Shown here in pieces: positions 56,381-64,000 of a stretch of 64,000 bases of DNA. The DNA is from Erythrobacter sp. Its GTDB lineage: Bacteria; Pseudomonadota; Alphaproteobacteria; Sphingomonadales; Sphingomonadaceae. The DNA is taken from contig NZ_JASJAP010000001.1 of assembly GCF_030066995.1 (NCBI RefSeq), positions 539,230 through 603,229 of the forward strand, written 5' to 3'. The notes below the pieces were generated by a model. It worked only from the letters and a program-made list of their open reading frames with translations. It had not been told where the DNA came from and ran no database searches. A program made the translations under genes and the position numbers. The first letter of the stretch is position 1, and the number at the start of each line of letters is the position of its first letter.

Positions 56381-57820
56381 ATGGTAGCAGCACCTTCCGG
56401 CCACGAGAATTGGTCGTCACGCGGCGCGTTCATCTTGGCGGCGGTCGGGTCCGCTGTGGGGCTTGGCAATCTGGTACGTTTTCCGGCTGAAGCGGGGACC
56501 AATGGCGGCGGCGCCTTTGTGCTTTTCTACGTCTTTTGCGTGGTTTTGATCGGCCTCCCGGTGCTCTTGTCAGAAGTGCTGATCGGTCGCCACGGACAGG
56601 CTGCAGCGCCAATCAGCTTTCGCAAGATTGCCGAGGAATCGGGTGGATCCAAAGCGTGGGGCACCGTTGCCTCGCTCGGCGTATTTTCCGCCTTCCTCGT
56701 GCTCAGCTTTTACTGCGTGATTGGCGGCTGGGTGCTCTATTACATTGGCCTGTTCGCGCAAGACATAGTCGCTTCAGGCGCAACGAGCGGTGCCTTTGCG
56801 GACCAGTCCTTCGAGCAGGTCGACAGCTACTTTGGCGGCATGGTGAGCAATGGAGTGGCTACCAGTGTGCTCGATGTAGGCTTTGTCGGGATTACCGTAT
56901 TCTTTGTCGCGCGCGGTGTCTCGGGTGGGATCGAAAAGGTCGCGGTCTATCTTATGCCGGCTTTCTTCTTCTTGCTGCTGGGGATCACCGTTTACGGTAT
57001 GTTTGGCGGGGCCTTGAGCCGGACGGTCGACTATTTGTTCACCTTTGAACCCGACAAACTCTCCGGTGAAGTGATGCTGGCCGCGGTGGGGCAGGCCTTC
57101 TTCTCGCTTTCGCTCGGCGTTGCAGGGATGGTGACCTACGGTGCCTATGTCGGGCGCGATGTGAACCTTGCGAGCACCAGCGGCATGATCGCAGGCGCCG
57201 ACACGGCGGTCGCGCTTATTGCGGGTCTGTGCATCTTTCCGATCGTCTTCGTCGCGGGGCTGGAGCCCAATGGTGGCCTTGGCCTCATGTTCCAGACCCT
57301 GCCACACGCCTTCTCGGACATTCCCTTCGGCACGCTCATTGGCCTGGCCTTCTTCATCATGGTGGGTTTTGCCGCGCTGACGAGTTCGGTTAGCCTGATG
57401 GAAGCGCCCACGTCCTGGGCAATGGAACGGCTGGGCCTACCGCGCGTACAAGCGGCGCTGGGTGTGAGCGTGGCCGCCAGCGTACTGGGCGTGCTTTGCG
57501 CGCTCTCAACTGGCTCGCTTTCCTCTTTTCATCCGCTGGGTTTTATCCCGATGTTTGAGGGGATGGGGGTACTTGATGTGCTCGATACCTTCACGGGTAA
57601 GCTCACCATGCCGATTGGCGCTTTGCTGACAGCTGTCTTCATTGGCTGGGTTGCCTCGCGGCGTTTGCTCGATGAGGAGAACGGGCTTTCGGGCGGCCTG
57701 CACCGTTTCTGGCTGTTCCTTGTGCGCTGGTTCTGCCCGTTGGTGCTCACGCTGATTCTCTTCGGCGGCATATTCCCCGAGACCACGGGCCAGATGCTAG
57801 GTTTCCTGAGCGGGGGCTGA
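56381..57820 (+). CDS. sodium-dependent transporter of the NSS/SNF family
   Basis: GSAVGLGNLVRFP N-terminal motif, and 11-12 TM helices. Confidence 0.85.
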   Translation: MVAAPSGHENWSSRGAFILAAVGSAVGLGNLVRFPAEAGTNGGGAFVLFYVFCVVLIGLPVLLSEVLIGRHGQAAAPISFRKIAEESGGSKAWGTVASLGVFSAFLVLSFYCVIGGWVLYYIGLFAQDIVASGATSGAFADQSFEQVDSYFGGMVSNGVATSVLDVGFVGITVFFVARGVSGGIEKVAVYLMPAFFFLLLGITVYGMFGGALSRTVDYLFTFEPDKLSGEVMLAAVGQAFFSLSLGVAGMVTYGAYVGRDVNLASTSGMIAGADTAVALIAGLCIFPIVFVAGLEPNGGLGLMFQTLPHAFSDIPFGTLIGLAFFIMVGFAALTSSVSLMEAPTSWAMERLGLPRVQAALGVSVAASVLGVLCALSTGSLSSFHPLGFIPMFEGMGVLDVLDTFTGKLTMPIGALLTAVFIGWVASRRLLDEENGLSGGLHRFWLFLVRWFCPLVLTLILFGGIFPETTGQMLGFLSGG

Positions 57821-57884
57821 CGCCAGACATAGGGCACGCGAGCGCGCGAGAAGCGTGTTGCAATCCTTCACCTTTTGTGGAACA

Positions 57885-57899
57885 AATAAGGAACAAAGA
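57885..57899. promoter_or_regulatory. alphaproteobacterial LexA box GAACaaataagGAAC
   Basis: The direct repeat GAAC-N7-GAAC lies 22 nt upstream of the imuA ORF. Confidence 0.55.
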
Positions 57900-57920
57900 G
57901 GCGCGCTTAGAGTCTCTTGA

Positions 57921-58889
57921 GTGTTCCGCATGACCCATTGTGTTGCCTCTTCCTGCGCAAAAGCGCTGCGCGATTTTCCCGTTCCCTCCCGGCCCGAGGG
58001 GGCTGAAGTGGCTCGGCGTCTGTCCGCGCAAGAGATCGCCACAATTTCCAAAGCCCGTGAGACGCGCTGGCGTCCAGGGTTGGAAGATCAACCCTGGCAC
58101 AGCGAGATTTTCGCCAGCGCGCGCGACGCTAGCGGGGCGGGGCTGGCTTTGGCCCTAGCGCGCGACGCTCTGGGGGTCGCCGCTGGGCGTGAGGATCCGG
58201 CCGCTGAGCCTGAGGATCGTCGTCATATTCTGTGGGTGCAGGACGCGCGCGCGATCCGGCTCGGCGGGCGACCTTATCTTCATGGGCTTCCCAAGGATCT
58301 GCGCGAGCGGCTGATTCATGTCGAGGCCAAGACGTCCGAGGACGCGCTGTTCGCTTTGGAGGAAGGGCTGCGCTGCCGCGATCTCGCCTGTGTGATCGGA
58401 GAGATCGTGGGCAATCCGCGCGCGCTCGACTTCATCGCCTCGCGCCGACTGAGCCTCGCGGCCGAAAAGCATGCGGTCGCCTTGTGGCTGGTGAGGCTGG
58501 AGGCGCAAGCGGACCTGTCTTCGGCGCGCATGCGCTGGCGAGCGGAGCCTGCGCCGTCCGCGTGTCCCCGCTGGAACGCTGAAGCGCCCGGCCATCCCAG
58601 CTGGCGCGCTGAGCTGTTTCGCGCGCGTTCCAACGCGCCCGGTGAATGGATTGTAAGCGATGACGAAACCACTCTCACAGCCAGGCGACCGAACCAAGAC
58701 GAACAGCGCGAAACCCAGCGCCTCGGGCCCGCGCTCGCTCGGCAGCGGCGTTTCTGGTACCCCGGCGGCGCGTCCACTCACGCCGTCCACTCCTCGACAA
58801 TCGCTCATATCCCAAAAACCACGCCGGATCCTTGCCATCTGGTGCGCGCGACTATCGGTCGATCGCTGGCGGCTCGCGCACGGATGTGA
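57921..58889 (+). CDS. imuA: ImuA (SulA/RecA-fold inducible mutagenesis protein); 3' end uncertain
   Basis: Core ARRLSAQEIA...ILWVQDA...ALWLVRLEAQADL...WRAELFRARSNAPGEW. The ORF continues as low-complexity sequence to 58889 and overlaps imuB by 230 nt. The real stop may be earlier, or there may be a frameshift. Confidence 0.65.
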   Translation: MFRMTHCVASSCAKALRDFPVPSRPEGAEVARRLSAQEIATISKARETRWRPGLEDQPWHSEIFASARDASGAGLALALARDALGVAAGREDPAAEPEDRRHILWVQDARAIRLGGRPYLHGLPKDLRERLIHVEAKTSEDALFALEEGLRCRDLACVIGEIVGNPRALDFIASRRLSLAAEKHAVALWLVRLEAQADLSSARMRWRAEPAPSACPRWNAEAPGHPSWRAELFRARSNAPGEWIVSDDETTLTARRPNQDEQRETQRLGPALARQRRFWYPGGASTHAVHSSTIAHIPKTTPDPCHLVRATIGRSLAARARM

Positions 58890-60411
58890 GCGTGGGGAAG
58901 GACCGGACGCTGAGCCGGTTGCGCTGATCACTGAAACCGCGCACGGGCCCCGCATCGCCAGCGTCAACGACGCCGCGCGCGAGGCAGGGGTGCAGGTGGA
59001 CACCATGCTGGCGGATGCGCGTACGCTGTGCCCGGCGATCAAGGTGGTCCCGGCGGACCCGGCGGGTGATCTGGCGTTTCTGGAAAAGCTGGCCGTTTGG
59101 GCGCGGCGCTGGGGGCCGTGGAGCGGGCTTGATGCACCCGATGGCGTGATCGTCGATGTGACGGCGGTGGCGCATTTGTTCGGAGGCGAAGCGCAACTTG
59201 TTGCGGATGTCGAGGCCGCCTTTGCTGCGCGTAAGCTGGCTGTGCGCACCGCCATTGCCTCCACCGCTGGTGCCGCCTGGGCGCTTTCGCATTTTGGCCG
59301 CACTGGCGCGATTGTTCATGGGGATGAGCCGCGCGCGATCCTGCGCGCGCTGGCTGATCTTCCCGCAGCGGCGCTGCGGCTTGATGCTGATGTGCTGACC
59401 GTTCTGCGGCGTCTTGGCTTGAAGACGCTGGGGCAACTTGCGGGCGTGAGCCGAGAAGAAGAGGCCACTCACGAGGGTGGAGCGGCCGGGCGCGACGCAC
59501 TCCAGCGCCGATTTCGCAACCGCAAATCCCCCGCAGCCAACCCACTTGTCCGTCTTGACCAATTGCTGGGCCGGATTCCTGAACCCTTGCTGCCAATCGT
59601 CCCGCCAGCTGTGCCGATGGTCCAGCGCCGCCTTATGGAGCCAATCCGCCATCGCCCGCTGCTCGACACGGTTCTGAGCGACCTGGCGCAGGATATGGCG
59701 CGCGTGCTTGAGGGCCAGGGGCAGGGCGCGCGCCGGCTTGAACTGGGGCTATGGCGGGTTGACGGTGAGGTGCTGGTGCGCCGTCTGGAGCTTGCGGCCG
59801 CCACGCGCGAGGCGGCGCACATCACCCGGCTGTTTGCCGCCAAACTGGACGATGTCGAAGCGGGCTTTGGGATCGAGACGGTGCGCCTCACCGCGAGTTG
59901 GGCCGAACCGCTGAGCGCTCAGCAAGGCGATATCGAAGCAGCCGCCGAGCGCCACGGCACGTGCTTGAGCGCGTGTGTTGATCGGCTGAGCGTGCGCCTT
60001 GGCCCAACCGCGGTACGCCGTTCAGTGCCGTATGCCAGCCATATCCCTGAGCGCGCTCAGCGCTGGCAAGAGGCGCTGGAGCCGCGAGGCGCCTCACAAA
60101 CCACTTTCGAATTTCATAAGAGACCTCTGAAAATTCTGGATAACCCGGAAAGGATCGCCGTACTCTATGCCTCGCCCGATGGTTTCCCCCAGCGCTTTCG
60201 CTGGCGCGGCGATGCGCGCGAGGTGGCGCGGGTCGAGGGGCCCGAACGCGTCGCGCCGGAATGGTGGCGCGAGCGTTCCACCGTTCGGTTGCGCGATTAT
60301 TACCGGATCGAGGATACGGATGGGCGGCGCTACTGGATCTATCGCCACGGGGTTACGGGCGATGGGCGTGGGGGGGCTCCCGAATGGTTCTTGCAAGGGC
60401 TGTTTGCCTGA
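58660..60411 (+). CDS. imuB: ImuB (catalytically inactive Y-family polymerase homologue); 5' end uncertain
   Basis: The conserved N-terminus RRILAIWCARLSVDRW begins at about 58822. The first 54 residues are Ser/Pro-rich and probably not translated. Confidence 0.75.
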   Translation: MTKPLSQPGDRTKTNSAKPSASGPRSLGSGVSGTPAARPLTPSTPRQSLISQKPRRILAIWCARLSVDRWRLAHGCERGEGPDAEPVALITETAHGPRIASVNDAAREAGVQVDTMLADARTLCPAIKVVPADPAGDLAFLEKLAVWARRWGPWSGLDAPDGVIVDVTAVAHLFGGEAQLVADVEAAFAARKLAVRTAIASTAGAAWALSHFGRTGAIVHGDEPRAILRALADLPAAALRLDADVLTVLRRLGLKTLGQLAGVSREEEATHEGGAAGRDALQRRFRNRKSPAANPLVRLDQLLGRIPEPLLPIVPPAVPMVQRRLMEPIRHRPLLDTVLSDLAQDMARVLEGQGQGARRLELGLWRVDGEVLVRRLELAAATREAAHITRLFAAKLDDVEAGFGIETVRLTASWAEPLSAQQGDIEAAAERHGTCLSACVDRLSVRLGPTAVRRSVPYASHIPERAQRWQEALEPRGASQTTFEFHKRPLKILDNPERIAVLYASPDGFPQRFRWRGDAREVARVEGPERVAPEWWRERSTVRLRDYYRIEDTDGRRYWIYRHGVTGDGRGGAPEWFLQGLFA

Positions 60412-60544
60412 CGCGCCGCGTCGCAACCCGCCCCCATGCGAGGCGACAAAACCTTACCAGATCGCTGCAGCGAGACCTTATGGTTAAACCGCGTTTACCC
60501 GCGCGCTTAACATTCCTTTACGAATCTCTGGCACCTCGCCCATT

Positions 60545-60868
60545 ATGAACCTTGGATCGATTTCACGCTCGTCAGAACGCCGCCCGCTCCGCCTGCTCGT
60601 CAAGAGCCGGGTGCAATCGCGCGTCGTTTTTGTCGACATGCTCGACATCTCGGAAGGCGGCTGCAAAATTCGCGGAAGCTTGGGCTTCGCGCAAATCGGC
60701 GACCGCGTCACCATGCGGGTCGATGGTGTTAACGCACCGCTTGGGACTGTCGCGTGGATCGAAGACAAGGTGGCCGGCGTCGCCTTCGAAGGCGAAATGC
60801 ACCCGGCCGTGCTCGACTATCTGTGCGAAGTCTCAGGCGATCCCAACCCGCTTCGCAACAAATCCTGA
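60545..60868 (+). CDS. PilZ-domain protein (c-di-GMP receptor)
   Basis: The RxxxR (RRPLR) and DISEGG motifs are 30 aa apart, and a beta-barrel-length C-terminus follows. Confidence 0.6.
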   Translation: MNLGSISRSSERRPLRLLVKSRVQSRVVFVDMLDISEGGCKIRGSLGFAQIGDRVTMRVDGVNAPLGTVAWIEDKVAGVAFEGEMHPAVLDYLCEVSGDPNPLRNKS

Positions 60869-61215
60869 TCGCGTGGCACCCGCCCTCTGTCTTGTTCCTT
60901 AGCCATCGCCAACCTTTGAGCCAGTGGGCAACGCTCCAATAGCGTTCGCGGGACGCTGAAGGAGCGCCGACATCAGATACTGTGTGTGATATGGCCGTGG
61001 TGATGGGGAGTTACTTTTTCACCCCGTTGGCGGCTAAGAGGAGACCACGGCCGAGTACACGATCGGCTACATTCGCGATGCGAAAGGCGATTTGCGAGTG
61101 ATGATCCACAAGTCGACGATCCCTTACAACGCCGATTGATTACCTGTTTTTGCAAGCTCGCGCCGGGTGGGCCCAGTGCGGCTTGCGCGCTTTGCATTGG
61201 ACCGGAGATGAATGA

Positions 61216-61230
61216 GAACATATAAGGAAC
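61216..61230. promoter_or_regulatory. alphaproteobacterial LexA box GAACatataagGAAC
   Basis: The direct repeat GAAC-N7-GAAC lies 25 nt upstream of the radical-SAM gene ATG. A GTTC-N5-GTTC pair follows on the opposite strand. Confidence 0.55.
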
Positions 61231-61254
61231 ACTCTACGTTCCAACGGTTCTCTC

Positions 61255-62493
61255 ATGACTCAGCAAACGCTAAGACAAAAACTCGAAATCCTCGCCGACG
61301 CCGCCAAGTATGACGCGTCTTGTGCATCGTCCGGCACGGCCAGGAAGAACTCGCTTGGCGGGAAAGGGATCGGCTCGACCGAGGGGATGGGCATTTGCCA
61401 CGCTTACGCGCCCGATGGCCGGTGCATTTCGCTTCTGAAGATCCTGCTGACCAATCACTGCATTTTCGATTGCCACTACTGCGTCAATCGCAAGAGCTCG
61501 AATGTGCGCCGGGCGCGCTTCTCCCCGCAAGAGGTCGCGAACCTCACGCTTAGTTTCTACCGGCGCAATTATATCGAGGGGCTGTTCCTCTCCTCAGGCA
61601 TCATCAAGAGCTCGAACCACACGATGGAGCAGCTTGTCGAGGTCGCCCGTATCCTGCGCGAGGAACACGATTTTCGCGGCTACATTCATCTCAAGACCAT
61701 CCCAGAAGCGGACGCCGAGCTGATTCATCAGGCAGGGCTGTACGCGGATCGCGTCTCAATCAACGTCGAACTGCCTACGACGAAAGGCCTCACCCGCCTC
61801 GCGCCCGACAAGGATGAGAGCACGATTGAAGGCGCTATGGGCAAGACCAAGGCGCGCATCATCGAGGCCAAGGACGAGAGAAAACGCTTCAAGCACGCAC
61901 CGCGCTTTGCGCCCGCGGGGCAATCGACGCAGATGATCGTGGGCGCGGATGACGCCAACGATGCAGCGATCGTCGGGCGCGCGAGCGGGCTCTACAAGCG
62001 CTTTGGCCTGCGCCGCGTCTATTACAGCGCTTTCTCGCCGATCCCGGATGCCAGCGCCGTACTGCCCTTGAAGCGCCCGCCGCTGATGCGCGAACACCGC
62101 CTCTACCAGTCCGACTGGCTGATGCGGTTTTACGGCTACGCTCCGCAAGAGGTCGCGCAGGCGACGGAGAAAGACGGTAACCTGCCGCTCGATATCGATC
62201 CCAAGCTTGCCTGGGCGCTGAAATTCCGGGAGCAATTTCCGGTCGATGTGAACCGCGCCTCCAAAGAGCAGCTTTTGCGTGTGCCGGGGCTGGGGACAGT
62301 GGCGGTGCGGCGCATTCTGGCCGCGCGGCGGCACCGAACCTTGCGGTTGGACGATGTCGCGAAGCTGACCCAGTCGATCACCAAGGTCCGGCCCTTCCTG
62401 ATCACACTCGACTGGCGCCCGACCGTGCTGACCGACCGCGCGGATTTGCGCGCACTGTTGGCCCCCAAGCAAGAGCAGCTGGAGCTGTTCTGA
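61255..62493 (+). CDS. putative DNA modification/repair radical SAM protein (TIGR03916-type)
   Basis: CxxxCxxC cluster CIFDCHYC. The C-terminus has a helix-hairpin-helix-like DNA-binding tail (LLRVPGLG). It is paired with the downstream UDG-domain gene. Confidence 0.85.
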   Translation: MTQQTLRQKLEILADAAKYDASCASSGTARKNSLGGKGIGSTEGMGICHAYAPDGRCISLLKILLTNHCIFDCHYCVNRKSSNVRRARFSPQEVANLTLSFYRRNYIEGLFLSSGIIKSSNHTMEQLVEVARILREEHDFRGYIHLKTIPEADAELIHQAGLYADRVSINVELPTTKGLTRLAPDKDESTIEGAMGKTKARIIEAKDERKRFKHAPRFAPAGQSTQMIVGADDANDAAIVGRASGLYKRFGLRRVYYSAFSPIPDASAVLPLKRPPLMREHRLYQSDWLMRFYGYAPQEVAQATEKDGNLPLDIDPKLAWALKFREQFPVDVNRASKEQLLRVPGLGTVAVRRILAARRHRTLRLDDVAKLTQSITKVRPFLITLDWRPTVLTDRADLRALLAPKQEQLELF

Positions 62494-63944
62494 TGACGGC
62501 TATGCAGCACGTCAGCCTTGGCGCTCATTATGTTGTTCACTTGCCTACGCCTGATGATTTCGCCTTCTGGCGCGAACGTGCGCGGCAGCTGATCCAATGT
62601 GATGTGCCGCCGGACCGGGTGAGTTGGGTGGAGCCAGGCGGGACGGGTGATCTGTTCGCGCAGGAAGGTCCAAGCCGGGGCGAGCGGCGCTTGCCGCTGC
62701 CGGAGAAGAGTGCACGGCAGGTGCGCGCGTCCAAGCGTTTCATGAAGCTGGCGCGCAACGCGGCCCTTCATTCCGACCCCGAACGCTTTGGCTTGCTCTA
62801 CCGGGTGCTCTGGCGGCTTCAGTCCAAACCGCGCTGCATGGAGGACAAGGCCGACGCGGATGTGCGCCGCGTCGAAGAGCTCGACAAATCGGTGCGCCGC
62901 GACAGCCACAAGATGCACGCCTTTGTGCGCTTTCGCGAAGTCACCGATGAAACAGGAGCGGAGCATTACGTCGCCTGGTTCGAGCCCGATCACCATATAG
63001 TGCGCGCCAACGCCGGGTTCTTCATGCGTCGTTTTGCCAATATGAACTGGTCGATCCTGACCCCGCGCGGCTGTTTGCATTGGGATGGGACAACGATGCG
63101 CGAAAGCGGGCCTGCGCGCCGCGAGGACGCGCCCGGTGGCGATCCTGTCGAGGCGCTGTGGAAGTCCTATTATTCCTCGATCTTCAATCCCGCGCGGCTG
63201 AAGGTCGGCGCGATGCTGGCGGAAATGCCCAAGAAATACTGGAAGAATATGCCCGAGTCCGAGCTTATTCCCGAACTCATCGCCGGAGCGCAAGCGCGCG
63301 AAGCGGGCATGGTGGCGGCCGGAGCGCGCGAAGATCGGAAACTGCCCAGCAGTGTGGACGCCATCGCGCAAGGAATTGGTGCCTGCCGCGATTGCCCCAT
63401 CGCCGAATGCAGCACGCGGGCGGTTATGGGGGAGGGCGCTTTGGGAGCGCGGCTGATGATCGTGGGCGAACAACCAGGCGATCAAGAGGACGAGCAGGGC
63501 AAACCCTTCGTGGGGCCAGCGGGGCAATTGCTCGACGAATACCTCACAAAGGTCGGGATCGCGCGCTCGCAGGCCTACGTCACCAACGCGGTCAAGCACT
63601 TCAAATTCACCTGGAAAGGCAAGCGCCGTCTCCACCAGTCGCCCACCGCCAAGGAGATCGATGCCTGTCGCTGGTGGCTCGAAGCCGAACGCTCCGTCGT
63701 CAAGCCGCGCGTTGTGCTGGCGCTTGGCGCGAGCGCGGCGCGTGGTTTACTGGGCAAGACCGTCAGCATCGCCCGCGCGCGGGGCACGCCGATGCCGTTG
63801 GAGGATGGATCGGAGCTGTGGGTGACGGCGCATCCCTCTTACCTGCTACGGCTTGATGGTGAGGCGCGTGCAGAGCAGGCGGCGAAGTTTGAAAGTGATC
63901 TGGAGGCGGTGCGAGCGCGGCTGACACAAATCGCCGGCTGCTAG
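62493..63944 (+). CDS. DUF4130 (TIGR03915) fused to uracil-DNA-glycosylase family-4-like domain (TIGR03914)
   Basis: The C-terminal motif GEGALGARLMIVGEQPGDQEDEQGKPFVGPAGQLLD matches UDG family 4 motif A/B. The N-terminal half is the DUF4130 partner domain. Its start overlaps the rSAM stop. Confidence 0.8.
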   Translation: MTAMQHVSLGAHYVVHLPTPDDFAFWRERARQLIQCDVPPDRVSWVEPGGTGDLFAQEGPSRGERRLPLPEKSARQVRASKRFMKLARNAALHSDPERFGLLYRVLWRLQSKPRCMEDKADADVRRVEELDKSVRRDSHKMHAFVRFREVTDETGAEHYVAWFEPDHHIVRANAGFFMRRFANMNWSILTPRGCLHWDGTTMRESGPARREDAPGGDPVEALWKSYYSSIFNPARLKVGAMLAEMPKKYWKNMPESELIPELIAGAQAREAGMVAAGAREDRKLPSSVDAIAQGIGACRDCPIAECSTRAVMGEGALGARLMIVGEQPGDQEDEQGKPFVGPAGQLLDEYLTKVGIARSQAYVTNAVKHFKFTWKGKRRLHQSPTAKEIDACRWWLEAERSVVKPRVVLALGASAARGLLGKTVSIARARGTPMPLEDGSELWVTAHPSYLLRLDGEARAEQAAKFESDLEAVRARLTQIAGC

Positions 63945-64000
63945 GTCCTGAGATGCCCGACGCTCCGCTCACCCCCGACAAGCGCACGCTCGAGATCGAC

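Noticed and set aside
1-64000. CRISPR arrays, rRNA operons, transposases/IS elements and integrases
   Set aside because: No direct-repeat/spacer arrays, no rRNA-like conserved stretches, and no transposase- or integrase-like ORFs were seen. The only mobile-element hint is the tRNA-derived scar at about 30917-31004.

Overview
This is a high-GC alphaproteobacterial chromosomal window, most likely from a Sphingomonadales-type genome. It is mainly core housekeeping: nadK (partial), mfd, recG, thyA, the BCKDH E1alpha/E1beta/E2 genes, tkt-gap-pgk, fba, efp, thiE, panB, aceA, and three or four tRNAs. Several accessory and regulatory modules sit between these genes. (1) An SOS-type damage-response island near the right end: imuA-imuB, a PilZ protein, and a radical-SAM plus UDG-family-4-domain gene pair. 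Two alphaproteobacterial LexA boxes (GAAC-N7-GAAC) lie directly upstream of imuA and of the radical-SAM gene. No dnaE2 is adjacent. (2) Two COG0523 (G3E) metallochaperone paralogs, one of them His-rich, flank an iron-containing alcohol dehydrogenase. A Zur-box-like dyad lies upstream and a perfect 16-bp palindrome sits over the second gene's promoter. (3) A PEP-CTERM/exosortase regulatory module: EPS priming sugar transferase, then prsK-prsR-prsT. (4) The conserved DUF4164-zapA-[6S RNA]-5-formyl-THF cyclo-ligase arrangement, with a candidate 6S RNA in the gap. (5) An aceA/ramB-like divergent pair sharing an AT-rich 9-bp inverted repeat. (6) A degenerate tRNA-like element with a duplicated T-arm fragment, followed by about 420 nt of noncoding DNA. 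Gene calls rest on reading the translated ORFs for family motifs. Coordinates of start codons are approximate where noted. Many long ORFs antisense to real genes are GC-bias artefacts and were rejected.
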